From an uncultured Candidatus Saccharibacteria bacterium (GTDB lineage Bacteria; Patescibacteriota; Minisyncoccia; UBA6257; Colwellbacteraceae), in contig CAZMCG010000001.1 in NCBI GenBank assembly GCA_964565105.1, forward strand, positions 1-57,892: a DNA stretch of 57,892 nt, given 5' to 3'. The notes under the pieces were generated by a model. It was not told where the DNA came from, did no database searches, and saw nothing but the letters and a program-made list of their open reading frames with translations. A program made the position numbers and the translations under genes. Below, in pieces: positions 8,084-16,988 of this stretch (the stretch's first letter is position 1; every line of letters begins with the position of its first letter).

Positions 8084-8246
8084 GGTTCCTCCAGAGGCGG
8101 ACAGGCAGGGAAACGGTAGTTTCCCGTGGCGGAGCTCACGAACCGAGGGGTTCGTGAGAGTCCCAAATTAGTTGAGGGACGAGTGAGATAGCTTGTCCTG
8201 TTTATCTCGAGCTACGTCGAGGGACGAAGCGCCCCCGCAGGGCAAC
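8063..8246 (+). repeat. GC-rich structured element E3
   Basis: The 5' part gtagggaatcgaacgggaagg includes a 12-nt complement of the tRNA-Gln(UUG) T-arm. Contains gggaaac-ggta-gtttccc, the core gtggcggag-ct-cacgaacc-gagg-ggttcgtg (8127-8156), an extended gagata...tatctc hairpin, and a degenerate 3' end cgcagggcaac. Confidence 0.6.
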
Positions 8247-8317
8247 AGCCAGTTGAGACCGACTGGAGAGGTTGATTAGAACCTTTTGTTAATGGTTTAG
8301 TGTTATGCTTAGTGTAA

Positions 8318-9274
8318 ATGTTTATAGATGATGTAACAATTAGAGTATCCGCTGGTGATGGTGGTCGTGGAAAAGTAGCTTTTAACTCTAACGCCATGAG
8401 TCTTGGTCCAGCAGGTGGTAGTGGTGGCAATGGTGGGAGTGTCTATTTGGAGGGTGGTTCTAACTTAGATTTGTTAAACAATCTGCGCTTCAAAAAAGAG
8501 ATTAAAGCTATTAGTGGACAGGATGGCAAGCCACAATTCCGCGATGGCGCCGGTGCTAGAGATCTGATATTAAAAGTGCCAGTGGGGACTTTGGTTCATA
8601 ATCTTGATACCAACGAGGAGAAAGAGGTTCTAAAAATAGGACAAAAAAATCTCATTGCTAAAGGAGGTTCTGGCGGAAAAGGCAACTTTCTTTTTCGAAG
8701 TTCACGCAATACAAGTCCTCGTCAATTTCAAGAGGGGCTACCTGGAGAAAAATTTACATTTCGTTTCAAATTAAAACTTATTGCGGACGTTGGTTTCATT
8801 GGCTTACCGAATGTAGGAAAATCTAGTTTTCTAAATGAATTGACTAATGCCAAAAGTAGGGTTGCTAATTATCAATTCACTACGCTCGAGCCAAATTTGG
8901 GAGTTTATTACCACTTAATACTTGCTGATATTCCGGGGCTTATTGAGGGGGCGTCTTCGGGGAAAGGACTGGGTATTAAATTCCTTCAGCACATTGAACG
9001 CACTAAAGTCTTGTTTCATTTTGTCTCTGCTGAGTCAATTAACCTAATTAATGATTACAAGACTGTCCGAAGCGAACTTAAAAAATACAATGAAGAATTA
9101 CTCGATAAGCCAGAGTATCTTTTAATTAGTAAGAGTGACTTGGTTGACTCAGTAGATCTGGAGAAAAAACTTAAGTCTTTAAAAAAAGTAAGCAAAAATA
9201 TCTTAGCTATATCCATCTATGATATAGATAGCATTGAAGCTGTTAAGAAAATCCTTAATAGTTTAGAAAAATAG
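8318..9274 (+). CDS. obg: GTPase Obg
   Basis: N-terminal Obg fold MFIDDVTIRVSAGDGGRGKVAFN, G1 motif GLPNVGKSS and G3 motif DIPGLIEGAS. Confidence 0.95.
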   Translation: MFIDDVTIRVSAGDGGRGKVAFNSNAMSLGPAGGSGGNGGSVYLEGGSNLDLLNNLRFKKEIKAISGQDGKPQFRDGAGARDLILKVPVGTLVHNLDTNEEKEVLKIGQKNLIAKGGSGGKGNFLFRSSRNTSPRQFQEGLPGEKFTFRFKLKLIADVGFIGLPNVGKSSFLNELTNAKSRVANYQFTTLEPNLGVYYHLILADIPGLIEGASSGKGLGIKFLQHIERTKVLFHFVSAESINLINDYKTVRSELKKYNEELLDKPEYLLISKSDLVDSVDLEKKLKSLKKVSKNILAISIYDIDSIEAVKKILNSLEK

Positions 9275-9353
9275 GGGGTACTGGATATTAACGGCCAGCC
9301 GTTTAGAGCTAACTTAAAAATTACCGAATAGACTAAGTAATTGCAGAAATAAA

Positions 9354-9394
9354 GTAAATAAACTATCGTATTGCGGTAACGATAGTTTATTTAC
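9354..9394 (+). other. Perfect 16-bp inverted repeat between obg and the ABC-F gene
   Basis: gtaaataaactatcgt (9354-9369) / acgatagtttatttac (9379-9394). There is no clear U-run. It could be a terminator or a leader attenuator. Confidence 0.4.
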
Positions 9395-9412
9395 ATCGTT
9401 CTTATAAAGACC

Positions 9413-10888
9413 ATGACACAAAAAGGACAAGTAATAATGAGGTTTCAAAATGTTTCATTTGAATACAATGTTAATAAGCCCATTTTGAAAGAAGTAAGTT
9501 TTACCACGCGTTTGGGTTCTAAGATAACGCTTATGGGGCAAAATGGTGCCGGGAAAAGCACTATGTTTCAGCTCATTACAGGTGAGCAAAGTCCTATTGA
9601 GGGGAATATTCATTTAGAAAAAAATCTTTCTATCGCAATTGCCCGTCAAGTTATTCAACGTGATGAACTTGAATTAACTGTACGGGAATTCTTTCAAAAA
9701 GCTTTTAAAGAGAAGGTTTATAACATTGATCCACGAATAGATAAAATTTTAAAGGTGGTAAACCTTCATGCATCTAAAGAAAGAGAGATTAAGGACTTTT
9801 CAGGAGGACAGCAAGCTCGTCTATTATTAGCATTTGCTCTTATTCAAGATCCTGATCTTCTTCTACTTGATGAACCAACAAATAACTTAGACAAAGACGG
9901 CATTGCTCACTTAACTCAATTCCTAATTAATTATGAAAAAACTATTATCGTCATCTCGCACGATGCAGAGTTCTTAAATGCTTTTACGGAAGGAGTTCTA
10001 TATCTAGACATTTTTACTCAAAAAATAGAACGGTATGCCGGTGACTATGAAGATGTTGTTAAAGAAATTGCTGCACGCGTAGAAAAGGAACGCAGAAAAA
10101 ATGCTGCACTTGTAAGACTTATTCAAGAGAAAAAAGATAAAGCTAACTTCTTCGCCAACAAGGGAGGGCGTATGAGGATTTTAGCAAAACGCATGAGAGA
10201 AAGTGCTGCTGAAGCAGAAGAGTCTAAAGTTGATGTATGGCGTGAAGATAAAGCTATTAGAGATTTTGTAATCGAAGTTGATCAACACCATGTGGGGGAG
10301 ATATTGAATATTAAATCTTTAACCATAATGAGAGACCATAAATTAGTTAAATGTGAAGCTAATATATCTTTGAAAAAGAATAGACACTTACTTCTAACTG
10401 GGCCAAATGGGATAGGAAAGACAACTTTGCTTGAGCATTTAGCAAACGGTACTGAGAAAGGAGCACAAATCTCACCAGGGGTAAAAGTAGGATATTATCG
10501 ACAAGATTTCTCTGTACTTGATTTCAATGAAACTGTACATCAGGCATTAAGCTCAGCAGCAACGGGTATATTAGACGAACAAAGACTACGCAGTATTGCC
10601 GCGGGGTTCCTTATTAGTGATAAATTGATGCGCACAAAGGTAGGAGATCTATCTGAAGGAGAAAAAGGTCTTGTCGCATTTGCTCGACTTGTATTGTCTA
10701 AGCCAAACTTATTAATACTAGATGAACCGACAAATCACATAAACTTCCGTCACTTGCCTGTTATTGCAAAAGCTATTGATCAATATAAGGGAGTACTACT
10801 TCTTGTATCCCACGCACCGGAGTTTGTTGATCAAATTCGTATTGATGAAATTTTAGATCTTGAGAAATTAAAACAAATTAAGAATTGA
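9413..10888 (+). CDS. ABC-F family ATPase (two tandem ABC domains, no transmembrane domain)
   Basis: Walker A GQNGAGKST and GPNGIGKTT, signatures FSGGQQ and LSEGEKG, Walker B LLLLDEPTNNLD and LLILDEPTNHIN, plus a charged linker. Confidence 0.9.
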   Translation: MTQKGQVIMRFQNVSFEYNVNKPILKEVSFTTRLGSKITLMGQNGAGKSTMFQLITGEQSPIEGNIHLEKNLSIAIARQVIQRDELELTVREFFQKAFKEKVYNIDPRIDKILKVVNLHASKEREIKDFSGGQQARLLLAFALIQDPDLLLLDEPTNNLDKDGIAHLTQFLINYEKTIIVISHDAEFLNAFTEGVLYLDIFTQKIERYAGDYEDVVKEIAARVEKERRKNAALVRLIQEKKDKANFFANKGGRMRILAKRMRESAAEAEESKVDVWREDKAIRDFVIEVDQHHVGEILNIKSLTIMRDHKLVKCEANISLKKNRHLLLTGPNGIGKTTLLEHLANGTEKGAQISPGVKVGYYRQDFSVLDFNETVHQALSSAATGILDEQRLRSIAAGFLISDKLMRTKVGDLSEGEKGLVAFARLVLSKPNLLILDEPTNHINFRHLPVIAKAIDQYKGVLLLVSHAPEFVDQIRIDEILDLEKLKQIKN

Positions 10889-11052
10889 TGATCACCTTGC
10901 ATTGACAATTCTCCCAAGTCTGTCACAATACACTCATAACTTAATATCTCATTGTTTTTGTTTTGCTTTAACCTTAAACCCTCGAGATGAGGGTCTTTTA
11001 ATACTTATATAGACTCAAAGTTATAAGAGTATTCAAACTCTATAGACAAAAA

Positions 11053-12249
11053 ATGAATAGACAAAACAATCATCGCCGTACTGGTGGGGCTTCTTCTTTT
11101 AGGAAACGACCCCAATCATCTCGAAAATATTCTCACAAAAGGATAGATATTTCGAGATATATTAATACAAATACTCAACCTATTGAGGCTATTAAATATA
11201 CTCATAGGCATAATTTTAAAGACTTCCCTATAGGAGAAAGCCTCAAAGTTAATATTGCATCTAAAGGATATACCACTCCAACTCCTATCCAAGATCAAAT
11301 AATCCCTGAGATTCTAAAGGGATTGGATGTTGTCGGTGTTGCAAATACTGGCACTGGTAAAACAGCAGCATTCCTTATTCCATTGATTCATAAAGCTCAA
11401 GTTAGAAATAAGGAACAAATTTTAATTGTAGTTCCAACTAGAGAATTGGCTCTTCAAATTAATGAAGAATTAAAATCATTTATTAGAAAAACGGGTATGC
11501 GCTCTACATGCACAGTAGGAGGTTCACCAATTGGTCGTCAGATTTCAGACCTTAGGCGCTTTAATAACTTTGTTATCGGGACCCCTGGACGAATTAAAGA
11601 TCTAATTGAGAGAAAAGTATTAAATCTTTCAAAGTTCAACACAGTAGTCTTAGACGAAGCGGATAGAATGCTTGACATGGGATTTATTAACGATATGCGT
11701 TTCATGATGTCTAAAATGCCACACGTTAGGCACACACTTTTCTTTTCAGCCACCGTTTCAGTAGAGATTGAAAAATTAATTAAGGAATTTCTTAAAGATC
11801 CTGTCCGTGTATCAGTGAAGACGGGGGAGACAGCAAAGAATATTCATCAAGATATCGTTAGGATTAAAAAAACTTCTAACAAGATGGATACACTTCATGA
11901 TCTATTAAAGAATAAAGAATTCGATAAGGTTCTTGTTTTTGGCAAAACAAAACACGGTGTCCAAAGGATATCTAACGCCCTTCTTAAAAGAGGACTTTCT
12001 TCAACAGCAATTCATGGAAACAAAAGTCAGCCTCAAAGACAAAGAGCTTTAAGTGATTTTAAAACTAATAGAACTCGCATTTTAGTAGCCACAGATGTAG
12101 CCGCTAGGGGATTAGATATTCCTGATGTAAGTCACGTTATTAATTTTGATATACCAGCTACATACGAAGACTACGTTCACCGTATTGGTCGCACTGGCCG
12201 AATTAATAAGAAAGGTAAAGCACTTACGTTTATTGAACACTCTGTGTAG
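11053..12249 (+). CDS. DEAD-box ATP-dependent RNA helicase
   Basis: Q-motif region TPTPIQ, then ANTGTGKTAAF, PTRELA, DEAD, SAT and HRIGRTGR. Confidence 0.9.
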   Translation: MNRQNNHRRTGGASSFRKRPQSSRKYSHKRIDISRYINTNTQPIEAIKYTHRHNFKDFPIGESLKVNIASKGYTTPTPIQDQIIPEILKGLDVVGVANTGTGKTAAFLIPLIHKAQVRNKEQILIVVPTRELALQINEELKSFIRKTGMRSTCTVGGSPIGRQISDLRRFNNFVIGTPGRIKDLIERKVLNLSKFNTVVLDEADRMLDMGFINDMRFMMSKMPHVRHTLFFSATVSVEIEKLIKEFLKDPVRVSVKTGETAKNIHQDIVRIKKTSNKMDTLHDLLKNKEFDKVLVFGKTKHGVQRISNALLKRGLSSTAIHGNKSQPQRQRALSDFKTNRTRILVATDVAARGLDIPDVSHVINFDIPATYEDYVHRIGRTGRINKKGKALTFIEHSV

Positions 12250-12324
12250 GGGGTTGAGCACGAGTCGTTGATGGGTAGTCAAATCGTACTAGTACGAGGA
12301 GTGTATGGGTATCGTACGCTTGAG

Positions 12325-12349
12325 GTGGGTTCGATTCCCACTATCTCCA
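12325..12349 (+). ncRNA. Orphan tRNA/tmRNA-like T-arm plus 3' acceptor strand (no cognate 5' half found)
   Basis: gtggg-ttcgatt-cccac followed by tatctcc-a. This closely resembles a tmRNA/tRNA 3' end, but no GGAGAUA/GGGGAUA partner lies within tRNA distance upstream. Confidence 0.4.
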
Positions 12350-12482
12350 GGAACTTGCAATCTAGTCAAGGATTCAGTGATTTTTTGATACTGTTCTTTT
12401 GAATAATCTATGCTCTTGAAGGGAGCTTGTTGTGCCGAAAGTATACTTAATACGAACTAGCCTTGAATTGATAGCGTGGATT

Positions 12483-12555
12483 GAGGAAATTGAAGGCGAC
12501 TTCGAATAACTTGATGGAGGACGAGTGAGATAGCGAAGCGTCCCTGCCCGGCAAC
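12483..12555 (+). repeat. GC-rich element E4 (short form)
   Basis: gaggaaattgaaggcgac resembles the E 5' arm. The block 12519-12555 is identical over 37 nt to 7710-7746 and ends in the tRNA-Gln 3'-end 15-mer. Confidence 0.6.
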
Positions 12556-12905
12556 CACGTAAAATAACAAACCCGCCCTCAAAGGTGAGTTTGTTATCAC
12601 GTGGCGCGGCCACGAAAAGTGATTGGTTCACCTCGTGGCGCGGCTGCGGGGACTGGGATTTTTACTCCATGATAAGCCACGGGATAATTTTACGTGGGTC
12701 GGGTGATGAATTGCACAGCAATTCATTTTACGCGACACTTACAATATGTATTATGTCTCGCCCTTCGTTTCTCTCGGGGCTTGCCAAGTGCAAGTACATT
12801 CGACCAGGCTTTCTTCGACTTGGTTTGATGCTACTCACCACAAGTCGCTCAGGATAAACAGTGCAAGCGCTTTGATTAGCTCATAAAATTTAATATGATT
12901 AGTTT

Positions 12906-13154
12906 ATGTATTTTGTTTATATCATCAGGTGTGAAGATAGCAGTCTTTACACTGGATCAAGCCCCAACCCAAAAGAGAGGTTTAAGAAGCATAAAGCTGG
13001 GACTGGCGGCAAGTACACAAGATCTCATAGACCTGTAAACCTTGTTTATATCGAAAAGCTTAATACTAAAAGCGATGCAATCAAAAGAGAGATGCAAATC
13101 AAGAGATGGCGAAAAGACAAAAAAGAAAGACTTGTAAAGGGAGCAAAGCTGTAG
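12906..13154 (+). CDS. GIY-YIG nuclease-domain protein (stand-alone, UPF0213/YhbQ-like)
   Basis: 82-aa ORF with YFVYIIRC..SLYTGSS, the KERFKKHK..G..KYTR region and a YIEKL...A.KRE..IKRW tail. Confidence 0.85.
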   Translation: MYFVYIIRCEDSSLYTGSSPNPKERFKKHKAGTGGKYTRSHRPVNLVYIEKLNTKSDAIKREMQIKRWRKDKKERLVKGAKL

Positions 13155-13242
13155 AACAGAACGAGCTACATCAAGGGAAAGTGGCATTGAGGAGTGTGGT
13201 ATCCCTATCCGACATATGGTATAATCGGAAATAATAAAATAT

Positions 13243-13347
13243 ATGGCAAAAAACAAACGTCGAAGAGAAAATATCCGCAAAGCCTTTATTATTTTGATAG
13301 CGCTTATGATGGCGTTAACACTTGGTGGCTTCGCCGCTATTTTTTAA
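13243..13347 (+). CDS. Possible 34-aa membrane peptide
   Basis: The sequence MAKNKRRRENIRKAFIILIALMMALTLGGFAAIF has a basic N-terminus and one hydrophobic helix. A TATAAT lies 20 nt upstream. It is below the ORF-track cutoff. Confidence 0.3.
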   Translation: MAKNKRRRENIRKAFIILIALMMALTLGGFAAIF

Positions 13348-13505
13348 AAAGCACTGTAAAGTTGAACGAGCTTTAAGGTAAGTGTTTTTGAAGTGTGTGT
13401 TTTGTTGTTATTATAGAACCCAGTAGAATTATTTTATGATATCCACACACCTACTTTTAAATATAGTCTTTTTTTGACACAGCGCTGTATAATGGCGCAA
13501 TAGCA

Positions 13506-14513
13506 ATGAAAATAGTTTTTGATTATTTAGAGAAAAAAGAGGAGGAGGAGGAGGTAGGGAAAGCTTTACGGGAACACGAGCTTATTTTTACTAGAGGGCA
13601 TGTGGATAAAAATAATATAAATAAGATAAAGGACGTCGGTATCCTCTCCGTTTCTATCAACTCACCAATAACGGCAGATATAATTAAATCTTTCCCAAAC
13701 TTGAAGTTAATTACCACACGCTCTACTGGATTTGACCACATAGACCGTGAGACCGCAAAAAAGCGCGGAGTTGCTGTGTCGAATGTTCCCACATATGGAG
13801 CTAGAACCGTTGCCGAGTTTACATTTGCGTTGATCCTTGCGACCTCAAGGCAGGCGCATCACGCATATAGTCGCCTCCGTGAAGAGGGGACAACTAGCGT
13901 AAGTGACTATGAGGGGTTTGACCTTTTTAGGAAAAACATCGGCATTATTGGGACAGGAAATATCGGGAAGAATGTAGGAAGGATTGCCAGGGGATTTAAT
14001 ATGGATATTTGCGCGTACGACACTTACCCTGACGAGGAATTCTCAAAAGAAATCGGCTGTCAATATAAGGAACTGCGCGAGGTCGTCGCGGGTGCAGATA
14101 TCGTCTCCCTGCACCTGCCGTATATGGCTCAAACCCATCATATTATAAATGAGGAAGTGCTGTCGAAATTCAAGAAGGGCAGTTATTTAATAAACACCGC
14201 CCGCGGAGGCTTAATTGACACAAAGGCGCTCATTAAATTTTTAAAAAACGGGCACATTGCCGGCGCCGGACTTGATGTAATCGAAGGAGAACGCGAGTTG
14301 GAAGACGAGCTTACGCTTTTAACGGACAACGTGGATGATATTGAAAAGTTCAGGGAGCTTGTAGCCGCGCACGCCTTAATAGATATGCCAAACGTAATTG
14401 TTACTCCGCACATTGCTTTTAACACTAAGGGGGCAAAGCAGGAAATCTTGAAAACGACTCTAGATAATATAGACTCCTATATTAACGGAAATCCAATAAA
14501 CATTGTTATATAA
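13506..14513 (+). CDS. D-isomer-specific 2-hydroxyacid dehydrogenase (glycerate/hydroxypyruvate reductase-like)
   Basis: NAD-binding motif GIIGTGNIGKNVGRIA, plus ARGGLID, GAGLDV and VTPHIAF. Confidence 0.9.
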   Translation: MKIVFDYLEKKEEEEEVGKALREHELIFTRGHVDKNNINKIKDVGILSVSINSPITADIIKSFPNLKLITTRSTGFDHIDRETAKKRGVAVSNVPTYGARTVAEFTFALILATSRQAHHAYSRLREEGTTSVSDYEGFDLFRKNIGIIGTGNIGKNVGRIARGFNMDICAYDTYPDEEFSKEIGCQYKELREVVAGADIVSLHLPYMAQTHHIINEEVLSKFKKGSYLINTARGGLIDTKALIKFLKNGHIAGAGLDVIEGERELEDELTLLTDNVDDIEKFRELVAAHALIDMPNVIVTPHIAFNTKGAKQEILKTTLDNIDSYINGNPINIVI

Positions 14514-14515
14514 TT

Positions 14516-15787
14516 ATGATTCGTATGATTCAGAATTTTGATGAGCTTGCAACGAATAAATATCGCAAGGATTTGCTGGAGATCGTTGATGCCGGGTATC
14601 GGTCTCTTGATACGGATAGTGTTATAAGAACGAATGTTAAATTAAATGGGGATGAATTAAAAATAAAGGATAAGATATTTAATTTAAAAGATTATAAAAA
14701 CGTATATGTTTTAGGTTGTGGGAAGGTCTCGTGCCAGGCGGCAGTAACACTTGAGAGTATTTTGGGAGATGTGATAAGGAGCGGAGTTGTTATAGGGATT
14801 GAAAAAAAGATATGTAAAAATATAAAGACATACAAGGGGACTCACCCAACTCCATCTGAGATAAATTTTGAAGCAGGTGTGCGCATAGAAGAAATTGGGA
14901 ATAAGGCAACTGGGGACGACTTGGTAGTTGTCATTATCGGTGGAGGGGGAAGCGCTCTTCTTTGTCCGTCGCAGGAGGAATCTGACCAAGGGAAGAAATT
15001 ATATGATGCGTTTTTATCATCCGGGGGGGATATCCACGAGTTAAATACTGTAAGAAAACATATATCCAGACTAAAGGGGGGTGGGCTTGCTAAAATACTT
15101 TATCCAGCAACGGTTGTGGGGCTTATCTTTTCTGACATCCCAGGGGGTGATTACGAGGTTGTGGCATCCGGCCCCACATACAAGGATAATACAACTATTA
15201 AGGATGCAGAAAACATTATTGAAAAGTATTCACTCGGATCTTTTAATTTAGTAGAAACAACAAAAGAAGATAAGTATTTTGAAAAAATTTATAACATTCC
15301 GCTTGTTTCAAACCGTGATGCGATAAGGGTGATGATGGAAAAATCAAGCAAGCTTGGGTACAAACCTATTGAGCTCGGATATGATTTATATGATTTTCCA
15401 GAGCAAATTTGCAAAGCGTTTCTGGAGAGAGCAAAGGCAAATAGTGTAGTTGTGGCGGGCGGAGAGATGAGACTTATTGTTCCTGCTGGGCGAAAAGGGA
15501 AGGGGGGAAGAAATAGTTATCTTGTGCTTGAGATGATAAGTAAATTGCGCAAGAATCAAGTGTTTGTTTCCTTCGCTTCAGATGGAATAGATAATGGCAA
15601 GGCGGCTGGAGCAATTATCAATGGTGAGATAAAGAAAGATCTCAAAAAATTAATGATTGATGAGAATAAACATAAGGAAAGCCTTGATTCGTTTACAATT
15701 TTTGAGAAAACAGACAATCTAATTTTTACAGGCCCAGTGGAAGCAAATGTTTCTGATTTGATGATGCTTTTAACCTACGATGAGTAA
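14516..15787 (+). CDS. Glycerate 2-kinase (DUF4147/MOFRL family)
   Basis: Contains VIIGGGGSALL, LNTVRKHISRLKGGGLA and SFASDGIDNG. Confidence 0.85.
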   Translation: MIRMIQNFDELATNKYRKDLLEIVDAGYRSLDTDSVIRTNVKLNGDELKIKDKIFNLKDYKNVYVLGCGKVSCQAAVTLESILGDVIRSGVVIGIEKKICKNIKTYKGTHPTPSEINFEAGVRIEEIGNKATGDDLVVVIIGGGGSALLCPSQEESDQGKKLYDAFLSSGGDIHELNTVRKHISRLKGGGLAKILYPATVVGLIFSDIPGGDYEVVASGPTYKDNTTIKDAENIIEKYSLGSFNLVETTKEDKYFEKIYNIPLVSNRDAIRVMMEKSSKLGYKPIELGYDLYDFPEQICKAFLERAKANSVVVAGGEMRLIVPAGRKGKGGRNSYLVLEMISKLRKNQVFVSFASDGIDNGKAAGAIINGEIKKDLKKLMIDENKHKESLDSFTIFEKTDNLIFTGPVEANVSDLMMLLTYDE

Positions 15788-16988
15788 AATTAAAAATATA
15801 AAAGCGGAGGAAATAAAAGATTCAAGAGGAAATCCAGCACTTCGCGTTACAGTTTTTACAGAAAATAACGAAGGATTTTTTGATGTTCCAAGCGGAGCGA
15901 GTACGGGGAAACATGAAGCTTATGAATTACGAGATGCTGATGGTATTGGGGTGCAGGATGCAATAAATATTGTAGAGAAAGAAATCGCCCCAGCGTTAGG
16001 TGGAATAGATTCTACTTATCAAAAAGAAATCGATGAAACACTAGTATCTCTTGATGGGACACCAAATAAGTCGCGGTTGGGTGGGAATAGCATGATAGGC
16101 GTCTCTGTCGCGTCTGCTCGTGTTGGCGCGTTATCAAGTGGGATTCCCCTGTATAGCTATTTGCGAACACTTGCGTCAATAAAGCCATCGCAAAAAACGC
16201 CAATGCTATTTATAAACCTGATAAATGGAGGAAAGCATGCGAGTGGTGGGAGTCCGTTCCAAGAGCATCATGTAATCCCGGAGACCGATGACGTGAGTAA
16301 TGCACTTGAAATGGGAAAGAAAATCCAAAGCACACTTCATAAAATACTGACTGAAAGTGGAAGGGAATCCGAAATTGGCGATGAGGGAGGATTTGTCTTT
16401 CCAGTTGGAAGCGTAGAGGAGCCTTTTAAATTATTACTTGAAGCAGTCGATGTGGCAGGTTTAGGTGATAGAGTTTCAATCGGGGCTGATATAGCGGCTT
16501 CTTCTTTCTTCCATAATGAAAAATATCATGTGTTTGGTGATGAGCTCACAGCTTACGATCTAGCTGATGTACTAACTAATATTCACAAAAAATATAACCT
16601 TAATTTTATAGAGGATCCTTTTGAAGAAGAGGACTTTTTGAACTTCGCAAAACTAAAAAAATCTTTACGGAGAACAACTGTTATCGGGGATGATTTAACG
16701 GTCACTAATAAAGATAGAATAGAAAAGGCTGATAATGCAAAAAGTGTAGGAGCTGTTATCATTAAACCCAACCAGATAGGAACGCTCACCGAGACGTTAC
16801 AGGCAATGAGGTTGGCGCGTGAGCACGGTATGGATTGCATCGTAAGTCACAGGAGTGGCGAGACGATGGACAGTTTTATCGCGGACCTTACTTATGCGTT
16901 TGGCTGCCTTGGGATAAAGACCGGCGCGCCGGGAAGGCCGGAGCGTGACATAAAATATAAACGTATAATAAAAATATCAAATGAGTAA
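15780..16988 (+). CDS. eno: Enolase
   Basis: Contains SGASTGKHEA, IGDEGGF, IKPNQIGT and SHRSGET. It overlaps the upstream gene by 8 nt. Confidence 0.95.
   Translation: MSKIKNIKAEEIKDSRGNPALRVTVFTENNEGFFDVPSGASTGKHEAYELRDADGIGVQDAINIVEKEIAPALGGIDSTYQKEIDETLVSLDGTPNKSRLGGNSMIGVSVASARVGALSSGIPLYSYLRTLASIKPSQKTPMLFINLINGGKHASGGSPFQEHHVIPETDDVSNALEMGKKIQSTLHKILTESGRESEIGDEGGFVFPVGSVEEPFKLLLEAVDVAGLGDRVSIGADIAASSFFHNEKYHVFGDELTAYDLADVLTNIHKKYNLNFIEDPFEEEDFLNFAKLKKSLRRTTVIGDDLTVTNKDRIEKADNAKSVGAVIIKPNQIGTLTETLQAMRLAREHGMDCIVSHRSGETMDSFIADLTYAFGCLGIKTGAPGRPERDIKYKRIIKISNE

Noticed and set aside
12260-12349. A complete tRNA gene ending at 12349.
   Set aside because: No 7-nt segment complementary to UAUCUCC exists at tRNA (70-95 nt) distance, and no D-arm or anticodon arm can be drawn. 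Only the T-arm and 3' acceptor strand are tRNA-like.
7535-12631. Minus-strand ORFs 7535-7756, 7966-8166, 8212-8430 and 12374-12631, which share peptides such as RAGTLRYLTRP and GLSRTPRFV and might be a small protein family.
   Set aside because: The similarity is at nucleotide level, with frame-breaking indels between copies. One ORF runs antisense through a tRNA gene, and none has an RBS. They are shadows of the E repeat elements.
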